Source: an uncultured Eubacteriales bacterium (GTDB lineage: Bacteria; Bacillota; Clostridia; Oscillospirales; CAG-272). Taken from it: 64,000 nucleotides of DNA. Shown piece after piece: positions 25,376-33,527 of this stretch. Numbering within the stretch: position 1 is the first letter of the stretch; each line of letters opens with the position of its first letter. The notes beneath the pieces were generated by a model. It saw only the letters and a list, made by a program, of their open reading frames with translations. It did no database searches and was not told the origin of the DNA. The stretch lies in NCBI GenBank assembly GCA_934474225.1, contig CAKSLU010000003.1, positions 24,691-88,690 on the forward strand. The letters run 5' to 3'. A program made the position numbers and the translations under genes.

Positions 25376-27820
25376 TTATTGCTTTTCTGCGCTGTCAAAC
25401 GCTGCGGAAACCGTTTCAAAGCTTGCATCGCTCGTGACCGCCTCGGCGTATACGAGTTTTACACCCTCGGTGACGACCAGCGGCTTTGCCTCGTCATTGC
25501 GTCTTGCAAACTGACCGATCGTGCCGCCCAGCCAGTTGACGGTCAGACTGTTGCATGTGCCGCCGTCAACCGCATCCTGCATTGCCAGAATACTTGCATT
25601 GTCCGTAAGATTCACCGTGGTGTTTCCGCTTGTAAACGCGCCGTTTACGGGCACCAGATAGAGCTTGCTGACAACCGCGTCGCCGCCGATATTGATGGTT
25701 GCATTGCCGGTGTAATTTGCCTCTTTGATGCCGCGCGAATATGCGCCGATGCAGATGTTGTTGCCGCTCTTGACCGTGATATTCACATCAAGCTCACCGT
25801 CCGCCGCAGGCTCTTCGCCGCCTGCAACGACAGGCTGCCCGGACTGATAGCCGCCTGCAATGCTGAATGCGCTTGCAAAGCCGCTGCCGTTGAAGCCGTC
25901 GCCCATGCCGGAGACGCCGACGCCGGTGTCCAGCGTGAAGGGATAGTGGTTTGCGACGAAGTAATAGAAATTGCCGACAAGATTGAAATCAATATCGCGG
26001 AAAATGTACTCGCCCGAGCAGACGAAGCGAACTGCCGAAACCGTGTACGTCGCGCCGCTTTCGCGGTAGTCCACACCGCCGTAATTCGAGGTGACTGTAA
26101 CGGTTCCCTCAAAAGTATCGGTATAGACAAAGGTTTCATTCTGAATATAATTGCCGCAGACGACAACGGTGCAGTCCTTGGTGAGGTCCAGGCAGTCCAG
26201 CGCCGCGCTCATGGTATTCACCGCGCTGTCCGCATTGGAACCGTTGCCTCTGCCGTTTGATGCAAGATAAACAACCGTTGCATTCTCGTACGGTGTGGTA
26301 TCCACTTCAACCTTTTCCGTGGTTTCTGCGCTCGTGTTTTCACCTGTATAGACGACATTGCTGTTCTTTGCAAAAGACTCGTTGATTTTCTGAATCTTGC
26401 TTTCTGCAACGGGTTTATAGGTGTCATAGATCGTGGCAAGCGACATTCTGGTTACAAAGCGATTGCCGATCGCATTGAAATAGCCGCCGATGTCGTAGTA
26501 AATACCGACATCGAATACATGCGATGCAAAGATAATGTCCAGCATGTCGGCGCTTTCCGGGTCGCGGATGTACTTGCCGTAAAGCGTCTTTTCGTAATAA
26601 GCGGGCGTGAGATAGACCTTGCCGTAATACGCAAGCAGCTCGGACACCGCACCGGAGCGGACCGGGTCTGCCGTCATAGGTATGCAGTAGAACTGCGTGT
26701 GGAAACCGCTGACCAGGTGACCGTAGTCTTCCTGCTGCGCATCAAACTTGGGGTAGGGAAGAATACCGAAGTCGACCTCGCTGTCACGGTGGCTCTCAAC
26801 CAGAGAGAGCGCGCCGAAATTGAAGACCGCGCGGTTCTCATTGAACACGGCAAAGCGGTTGGTATCCCATGTGCTGATATTGGCTGCCTTGCCGGTGACA
26901 TTGTCATACTGATAATTGTATACATGCGCCTGGTCAAACACGATGCTGTCCAGCGTGTCGTAAAGGTTGACCACCCGCTCGCTGTACAGGGTCAGTTCGA
27001 TCTCGCCGTCCTCGTTGACGGAGGCAATCTTTTCACCTGCGCCTGCAAGCATCGCGACAAGCGGATCGTTCCAAATCATCAGACCATAGCTGTCATGCTC
27101 ATCGTAGATGCCGTTGTTGTCCACATCTTCGCCGACCTGCTTGACAAGCTCGCCGAGCTTCTCAACCGTCCATTCATTGTTCCGGACAAGCTCATACGGA
27201 TTTTCAAGACCATATGATTCGACGAGGTCCTTGTTGAAGAGCAGGGCATGGGTGTAGATGTTGTCCACAACGCTGATATCGCCGGTCGTATAGAACATTT
27301 TGCCTGCAACCGCGAGGTCCTTGTTCGCTTTTTGGTCCCAATAGTCCTTGGTCAGATCCATGTGCGGCAGGCTGGAAAGGTCCCAAAGCGTACCGGTCTG
27401 CGCAAGGTTGGCAACATCCCCGGTGCCGATCATGGCGGCGTCGTAGGTAGAATTGCCCGCCATGTAGTCGGTGTAGATTTTCTGAAAACCGTTGCCGTTG
27501 CCGTTCGTCGTGCCGTAGCCTAAAAACGCATCATTGATGATGTTCAGACCGTAATACTCGCGCAGCCACTCGTTGCGCTGATAAATCGCATATTCAACGG
27601 TCGTGGACGCATCACTGTCCGCCTCAAAGTCATTGCCCTTGTATCCGGCGACAAGAATGCGGAAGTCGCCCGAGACATCCAGCGATGCGGGGATAATTTC
27701 GTTGTTCTGCGGGTCGTTGTTGACGGTGACTTCAGGCGGCGTATCCGTTTTATGACCGCATGAAACCAGAAACAGCGCTGCCGCAATCAAAACGAGAAGC
27801 AATGTGATTTGTTTTTTCAT
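25376..27820 (-). CDS. lipoprotein: SBP-like domain fused to a C-terminal beta-helix-like module
   Basis: ATG at 27820 follows AGGAG. The lipobox is FLVSCGH. Residues ~30-490 are paralogous to 7500..8987 (DYWDQKANKDLAVAGKMFYTTGDIS, PYELVRNNEWT, FGILPYPK). The C-terminal ~310 aa carry the module signature VVYLASNGRGNGSN...TVVVCGNYIQ...VTVTSNYGGVDY. Confidence 0.75.
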   Translation of the reverse strand: MKKQITLLLVLIAAALFLVSCGHKTDTPPEVTVNNDPQNNEIIPASLDVSGDFRILVAGYKGNDFEADSDASTTVEYAIYQRNEWLREYYGLNIINDAFLGYGTTNGNGNGFQKIYTDYMAGNSTYDAAMIGTGDVANLAQTGTLWDLSSLPHMDLTKDYWDQKANKDLAVAGKMFYTTGDISVVDNIYTHALLFNKDLVESYGLENPYELVRNNEWTVEKLGELVKQVGEDVDNNGIYDEHDSYGLMIWNDPLVAMLAGAGEKIASVNEDGEIELTLYSERVVNLYDTLDSIVFDQAHVYNYQYDNVTGKAANISTWDTNRFAVFNENRAVFNFGALSLVESHRDSEVDFGILPYPKFDAQQEDYGHLVSGFHTQFYCIPMTADPVRSGAVSELLAYYGKVYLTPAYYEKTLYGKYIRDPESADMLDIIFASHVFDVGIYYDIGGYFNAIGNRFVTRMSLATIYDTYKPVAESKIQKINESFAKNSNVVYTGENTSAETTEKVEVDTTPYENATVVYLASNGRGNGSNADSAVNTMSAALDCLDLTKDCTVVVCGNYIQNETFVYTDTFEGTVTVTSNYGGVDYRESGATYTVSAVRFVCSGEYIFRDIDFNLVGNFYYFVANHYPFTLDTGVGVSGMGDGFNGSGFASAFSIAGGYQSGQPVVAGGEEPAADGELDVNITVKSGNNICIGAYSRGIKEANYTGNATINIGGDAVVSKLYLVPVNGAFTSGNTTVNLTDNASILAMQDAVDGGTCNSLTVNWLGGTIGQFARRNDEAKPLVVTEGVKLVYAEAVTSDASFETVSAAFDSAEKQ

Positions 27821-27844
27821 ATGTTTTCTCCTTTTTAACAAGTC

Positions 27845-30226
27845 CTATTTCACAAGCGTTGCGGTATTGGTGGAGGCGTCCCAGGCGATATTGTCATTGG
27901 AAACGCCGAGCGCGTTTGCAATCGCGCGTACCGGGAGATAGGTGCGGTTGCTTTCGATAATGGCGGGGGAGTCAAGCGCGACCGCCTTGCCGTTCACATA
28001 CATTTCCTTTTTGTCGATGGTAACCACAATGGTCACTTCGCCGTTTGTCAGCGTAGCGGTTCTGGTCGCTGCCTCCCACTTGATGCCTTCATTTGGCACA
28101 CCGAACGCATTTGCAAGGAAACGCACGGGGAGCATGGTGCGGTTGTTGCGGTTAATCGGCGCTGCGTCAAGCACATGCACTCTGCCGTTGATATAGGCGG
28201 CGGCAGAACCGATGGTGAGCTGAACTTTGGTCGTTTCCGCCGAAATATCGTTTGTCACGGTGTCAAACAGCTTGCGCATTGCATCGGTCGGCTCGACGCC
28301 TTGATAATGCAATGCATATTTGGTGTTTGCAAAAAGCGCGAGCTTTTCCTGATTGACCTGCCCCTGAAATTCGCAGTTGTTGCAGACGATTTCATCCACC
28401 TTGCCGCCCGTCCAGTTGACGGTGACGGTGTCAAGCACATTGCGCATATCCAGCTGCTTGACATAGCCGCTCTTCATGTTGATAACGGCATTTTTGGAAT
28501 AGATGGACGCATCGCCGCCGACCTGAATGAAGGTGTTTATGCTGCAGCCGTCGATATTGAGGATGACCTTGCCGCCGATGCCCGCATCGATAGGCCCGCC
28601 GTATACACGGTCCACCGAGCCGCCGAGGAGATTCAGCGTCTGCGAACCGGTAAACTCGTGGATATAGCCGCTGGTTTCGTTGCCTCTTGTATAGCCGATG
28701 ACCGCATAGTAGTTTCCGCTTTCGATGGTGATATGCTTGTCTAAGTCATGCGGAATCAGATTGTCGGAGTTGTAAAGCTGGTAGCCGCCGAGAACATAGG
28801 TTCTTGCCGCATTGGTCTCGGGCATAGTCAGCCCCGTGCCGAAGGTGATGTCGTGGAATCTGCCGACAAAGAGCAGGGTGCTTTCAAAGTCGATTTTTGT
28901 GTTTTCAAGCGTCGTGTTGCCGTCGAAAAAGAAGCGCCTGCTTTTGTCAAATTTGATGCCGCCGTCAAAATAGGTTTTGCCGTCAAACGAAGTGATGACA
29001 ATGTGGTTGTCATGCGCAGGCTCACTGAAATTGGCGTTCAGTTCAACCGTGTTGACCAGCACGATGGTGCCGTCAACGCCCGTGAGCATCTCGTACGCCT
29101 GTGCCAGGTCGCTGATGGGGCTGTCGGGCGAAAAGCCTGTTCCGTCGCCTACATTCGCAACATAGACCTTTGCAGGGAATACCGTGGACTTTTCGACTTT
29201 TTTGTCAAGGACGGTATACGCGGCAACATCCACATCTGCCGCACCCGAAATCGCAGAGCCGTCTTCGTATGCCGCCGTGTCGAATTCATCCAGGATAGGC
29301 TGTACCCGCAGACCCTTGCGCGCGACAAGCTCGATTTTACCGTCGGTGATAAAGCTCTTGATGTCGCCATGCATCGTCCGCGAAACCATGTCTATTTTAC
29401 CGCCGAGAAATTTGACGGTGGTGTGCCCCATGACATTGTTCAGAATCAGCGCATTGACCGTGCCGCCGTTGATGGTCACGGTGGAATCGCCGTTCAACCG
29501 CCTGCCGGCGTCACCCGCTGTGTAAAGCGAATTGACGGTACCGCCGTTTACCGTAATGTTTGAGGAGTCGGAATAAGAGCCGAGTATGGACGCGCCGTAA
29601 ACGCTCTTGATCGTGCCGCCGCTCACCGTAATATTGGATGTTCCGGTATAGCTGGCAGTGCCGCCGCCGCGCGAAAAGCCGACAACTGCGTGCCAGCTGC
29701 CGCTTTCAACGACGATAGAAGAATCTCTGTATGCAACATGCTTGTATTCTTTGTCCGTTGCGGGAAGCTGATAGCCGCCGAGCACATAAACCATCAGCGA
29801 GGATGGCACCGTGATGCCTTCGCCGAGCACAAGCGGATTGAACCCCGCTACGATCATCGCCGTTTTGGATGTGTTATTCGCCCCCACGGCGAACTTGATG
29901 TTTTCAAAAGTCGTGGGACCTGCAAGATAGAAGCGGTTGACAGTAGGATGGTCTGTCACGATCGTACCGCCGCTTATGGTAATGTTCTCATTGTGCGCCG
30001 GCGCATAGAACGGGGCTTTTAATGTGTATGTATCGGTAATGACAATTTTGCCGCCGTCATGCGCAAGCGCATCAAATGCAGCCTCCAGCGAGCCTAAGGG
30101 CGCGTCGGCATGGCGTCCCGTTCCGTTTCCGCCGTCGTTCAGATAGACGGTTTCCGCTGCCGCCGCGCCAAGCGCCAGAAGCGCCGCCATCAAAGCGATG
30201 AAAGCAATCAATAAACTCTTTTTCAC
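27845..30226 (-). CDS. secreted protein: two beta-helix-like modules + C-terminal copper-amine-oxidase-N-terminal-like repeats
   Basis: The GTG at 30226 lies 6 nt after GAGGAGG. Module starts are TVYLNDGGNGTGRH...GGKIVITDTY and KVYVANVGDGTGFSPDS...DGTIVLVNT. The C-terminus has two repeats of the type NRTMLPVRFLANAFG / NRTYLPVRAIANALG. Confidence 0.75.
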   Translation of the reverse strand: MKKSLLIAFIALMAALLALGAAAAETVYLNDGGNGTGRHADAPLGSLEAAFDALAHDGGKIVITDTYTLKAPFYAPAHNENITISGGTIVTDHPTVNRFYLAGPTTFENIKFAVGANNTSKTAMIVAGFNPLVLGEGITVPSSLMVYVLGGYQLPATDKEYKHVAYRDSSIVVESGSWHAVVGFSRGGGTASYTGTSNITVSGGTIKSVYGASILGSYSDSSNITVNGGTVNSLYTAGDAGRRLNGDSTVTINGGTVNALILNNVMGHTTVKFLGGKIDMVSRTMHGDIKSFITDGKIELVARKGLRVQPILDEFDTAAYEDGSAISGAADVDVAAYTVLDKKVEKSTVFPAKVYVANVGDGTGFSPDSPISDLAQAYEMLTGVDGTIVLVNTVELNANFSEPAHDNHIVITSFDGKTYFDGGIKFDKSRRFFFDGNTTLENTKIDFESTLLFVGRFHDITFGTGLTMPETNAARTYVLGGYQLYNSDNLIPHDLDKHITIESGNYYAVIGYTRGNETSGYIHEFTGSQTLNLLGGSVDRVYGGPIDAGIGGKVILNIDGCSINTFIQVGGDASIYSKNAVINMKSGYVKQLDMRNVLDTVTVNWTGGKVDEIVCNNCEFQGQVNQEKLALFANTKYALHYQGVEPTDAMRKLFDTVTNDISAETTKVQLTIGSAAAYINGRVHVLDAAPINRNNRTMLPVRFLANAFGVPNEGIKWEAATRTATLTNGEVTIVVTIDKKEMYVNGKAVALDSPAIIESNRTYLPVRAIANALGVSNDNIAWDASTNTATLVK

Positions 30227-30237
30227 AAAGGACCTCC

Positions 30238-32115
30238 TCAGGCTCCGGCCCGGTCGAGCACGACCTCGGGCCATGCGGTTGTCACGAATGCGGTCACATT
30301 TGCAAGCGTATCGCAGATTGCGCCGATGCCGTCCTGGTTGACAAGGGCAGGACTCAGCTTAAACGATGCTGCATTGGTCAGCTTGACAAGGGACTTGGGA
30401 ATGGAAATCTCGATAACCGCCCCCTCGTCCACATCGTTGTTGTTATCGACAGTGCCATAAATTTTAACTGCTGCGGTGCCGCCGCTGATTTTGGTTTCGG
30501 CGCCGTTGTCAACATAGAGGATGGAAAGGCTGCCGTCGAGCTTTGCGGTGACGCGGTAATACTGCTTTTCGCCGACGCCGATACTTAGCATGACCTCGTC
30601 GCTGCTTCTGAGGTAGTTGTCAAGACGGTTGACAAGGAAGTACACATTGCTGTCATCGTGCGCGGTCTGCACGGTGATTTGCGCCTGTGACTTGTCGCCC
30701 ACAAAAAGCGCATCCGTATTGTTTGCCCATTCTGCAAAGAGGCCGTCCAACTTTGGCGTCATCTTCTTTGCATTTGTGCGATGGTTGAGATAGGAGTGGA
30801 CAATCTGAATGCCGTATTTGTCGCCATATTTGACCTGCGATGTGGTCATGACCTCGTGACTGCCGACAAGCAGACTGGAGGCCCAGATGCCGCCCGTTCC
30901 CGGGAGCGCTTTTGCTTCCTTGCCCCATGCAGTGCCGTCGGGGCTGAGCATGCGGAAGAAGATGCCTGTGCTTTTGTGATAGGTGAGATAGACTTCACCC
31001 GAGGGGAACGTGGCAAGGTAAGGCCCCATGCCGTCGCAAATTGAGTGGATAATGGTATCGGGCCCCTCTTCGTCAAAGTTAAGCGCGCGCCACTTGCCAC
31101 CATCTTCGCTTGTCGCAAGCGAAATCTTAAATCCGCTTGTAAGGGTGCTGAGCTCTACGGCGAGAAGCGATTTGCCGTTGTAGAGCGTGGTCAAGGCGGG
31201 CATTTGGCCGCCAAAATAGGGAATCGCCTCTGTGTATTCCTTGTCTCTCACTTTCGGGATTCTGTTGCCGATAAACTCCTTGTAAATACGAAGGGCAACA
31301 AAATTGTTCTTGTCTCCGTCTTTGACTTCAGGCGCCCAGGTGTAGCCGCCGTCCTTCGACTCAATCATCATGATATAGGTGGAGCGGTGCTCGAGATCGT
31401 AGCCGTAGCGGGAATGATACTCGGCGTTTGCCGACCAGAATACCTGCAGAGTGCCGTCATCCGTCTGATGGATATACGGCTCCCAACCCATGCCGGTATA
31501 GATTTTTTTATGCTCGCCCCAGACGACCTTGTCGTTTTCGTCCAGTTTGCCGCGCACCATGAAAATGCCGTTCATGTCCCAATAGGGGGCATAGTTCAGC
31601 GCATAGGCGGCATTCGGACGCTCGTAGTAGACACAGAGAATATCGCCGTTGTCGAGAATAATCGCATCGGCGTTGCAGCCGATGATGCGGTCTTTCTGAC
31701 CCGCGAGCGGACCTTCGGTGTGAACAAAGTTCTTGTCCGCATCGTTGGAGTTGTGGAAGGGTTCGGGGTTGTCCCAGGTTATGCCGTCCTTGGAAAGTGT
31801 CCAATAGAGGAAAGGACCTGTCCGTCCGCCCATGAAAAATAGGATGTACAAATTGTCACGGAGTCGTTTGATACGCGGATAGTACGCATTGTCATATCGC
31901 GTATAGGTCGTTTTGGCAGAGTTGAGATTGACAGTCTCTCTGTAGTTCATCTCAACCGTGGATGTCAGAAAATCATCCGAAACATGACTGCCTTCGGTGG
32001 AGGTCGTATTGAGGTCTTTGATGGACAGGACATTCTTTTCCGCCCCCATTGCCGTCATGGACAAGAGGGAAGAAAGCGCTATTGTCGCTGCCATACAGCC
32101 GAAAAATTTCTTCAC
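30238..32115 (-). CDS. secreted BNR/Asp-box beta-propeller protein (sialidase-fold glycosidase candidate) with C-terminal CBM9/DOMON-like region
   Basis: The GTG at 32115 lies 7 nt after GGAGG. A signal peptide is present. Asp-box-like motifs are SKDGITW, SKDGGYTW and SEDGGKW. Confidence 0.55.
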   Translation of the reverse strand: MKKFFGCMAATIALSSLLSMTAMGAEKNVLSIKDLNTTSTEGSHVSDDFLTSTVEMNYRETVNLNSAKTTYTRYDNAYYPRIKRLRDNLYILFFMGGRTGPFLYWTLSKDGITWDNPEPFHNSNDADKNFVHTEGPLAGQKDRIIGCNADAIILDNGDILCVYYERPNAAYALNYAPYWDMNGIFMVRGKLDENDKVVWGEHKKIYTGMGWEPYIHQTDDGTLQVFWSANAEYHSRYGYDLEHRSTYIMMIESKDGGYTWAPEVKDGDKNNFVALRIYKEFIGNRIPKVRDKEYTEAIPYFGGQMPALTTLYNGKSLLAVELSTLTSGFKISLATSEDGGKWRALNFDEEGPDTIIHSICDGMGPYLATFPSGEVYLTYHKSTGIFFRMLSPDGTAWGKEAKALPGTGGIWASSLLVGSHEVMTTSQVKYGDKYGIQIVHSYLNHRTNAKKMTPKLDGLFAEWANNTDALFVGDKSQAQITVQTAHDDSNVYFLVNRLDNYLRSSDEVMLSIGVGEKQYYRVTAKLDGSLSILYVDNGAETKISGGTAAVKIYGTVDNNNDVDEGAVIEISIPKSLVKLTNAASFKLSPALVNQDGIGAICDTLANVTAFVTTAWPEVVLDRAGA

Positions 32116-32281
32116 GGAAAATCCTCCATGTTTCACAAATTTAACGCCGATTCGGCGCCTGCTTTATTACATTTTGCCACATATGCACTTGAGAAGCAAG
32201 ACAAATTTCTACCTTATTATATACATTAATTTAATACCTCGCAGCATAAATGCTGCGAGGTATTCAGCACAGTTCGGTATT

Positions 32282-33397
32282 TTACTGCTTTTTAGCCTGT
32301 CTCTTTGCAAAGCGTGCGTCTGCAAGGTCTGCAAACTGCTGGATAATCTGCACTTCCTTTGCAATGTAAGGTCTGCCGTTGAAACGGTAGAGGTCATGCT
32401 GGAACTTGGTCAGATCATGCGGCCCTGTGTAATTGGGGTCCTCGATTTCCTTATTGTAATTGCCCCACGGCTCATAGGTCTGTGAGAAGCCCTGGATCAG
32501 ACCCCAGTGGTAAGAACCGACCTCTTCAAGATAGAAGAGCGGGAAGATCTCATCCACATTATTGTGGGTGATGCGGTTGAGCCACTCATTGTTGATCACC
32601 GGTCTGCCATAGTCCTCCTTGAGTTTTTCGATGAGGCGGACCATGGTCTGGAACGAGCCGTAGTAGTGGAACGTGATAATATCCGAGAGCTCGAGCGCGC
32701 GCTTCTGCGCATGGCTGGTGGGCTCAAGGGTATTGGGATCGTACGCCCAGACATCGGCCGTCAGCGGCTGAATCGGGTCGTGCGAGCGGATGATCTCAAA
32801 GCACTTTTCCATCATGGGAAGCGAGAGGTCGCCGCGTCTGCCGCCGGAAATCTCGTTCCAGACGTCCCAGATCTGAATGCGTGCGTCCTTGGCATACTTT
32901 GCAGAGAGTTCATCCACCATCTCATAGAAATGCGGCTGCATATCGGGCTCGTCGGGAACCATATAGCCGTGCGAGGTGTAACCGCCTGCGTGCGGACCGC
33001 GGCAAATACCGCTGTGGTAACCCCAGTCCACATGCTGCTCGCCGAATTTGACGGGCACGAACAGCTCCTTCGGAACCGTACAGTCGTTGCCGATGGTCAG
33101 CATGACTTTGATGCCGTACTTGTCTGCAAGGGTCAGGTATTCCTCAAGATTGGACATAAAGCTGTCGTGCTCATAGTACCATACTTCAAACTGAATGATG
33201 GCACGCACGGCGTTGAGCCTGGTCTTCTGCGCAAGCGCAAATTCGTATTCAATCTGCTTGAATACTTCATCGTGTTTGTACTGCTGCCACATGGCAACTC
33301 TGTTTACACAGTTTGACGGATAGCCGTTGAAGCCGCGAATCCAGGGCTGGTTTTTGTACCATTCATGGGCTTGCTCTTTTGTCCATTGCTTTAACAT
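32282..33397 (-). CDS. clan GH-A (TIM-barrel, GH5-like) glycoside hydrolase, cytoplasmic
   Basis: RBS AGAGGAG precedes the start. The candidate acid/base is in IWDVWNE and the candidate nucleophile in VINNEW. There is no signal peptide. Confidence 0.55.
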   Translation of the reverse strand: MLKQWTKEQAHEWYKNQPWIRGFNGYPSNCVNRVAMWQQYKHDEVFKQIEYEFALAQKTRLNAVRAIIQFEVWYYEHDSFMSNLEEYLTLADKYGIKVMLTIGNDCTVPKELFVPVKFGEQHVDWGYHSGICRGPHAGGYTSHGYMVPDEPDMQPHFYEMVDELSAKYAKDARIQIWDVWNEISGGRRGDLSLPMMEKCFEIIRSHDPIQPLTADVWAYDPNTLEPTSHAQKRALELSDIITFHYYGSFQTMVRLIEKLKEDYGRPVINNEWLNRITHNNVDEIFPLFYLEEVGSYHWGLIQGFSQTYEPWGNYNKEIEDPNYTGPHDLTKFQHDLYRFNGRPYIAKEVQIIQQFADLADARFAKRQAKKQ

Positions 33398-33463
33398 AGT
33401 GTTCTCCTCTTGATTTCAAAAAACAGATTTTACGGTTGATACCGGGCTAAATACCGATATATC

Positions 33464-33493
33464 TATTGTAACATACCGGAACCCATATTGCCA
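33464..33493 (-). promoter_or_regulatory. candidate internal promoter for the lower-GC sub-operon
   Basis: On the minus strand: TTGGCA (33488-33493), an 18-nt spacer, then TACAAT (33464-33469), in the 130-nt gap between 33528 and 33397. Confidence 0.4.
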
Positions 33494-33527
33494 AGTTGAA
33501 AATCGCACTGTTTTTTTCTCGGATTTT

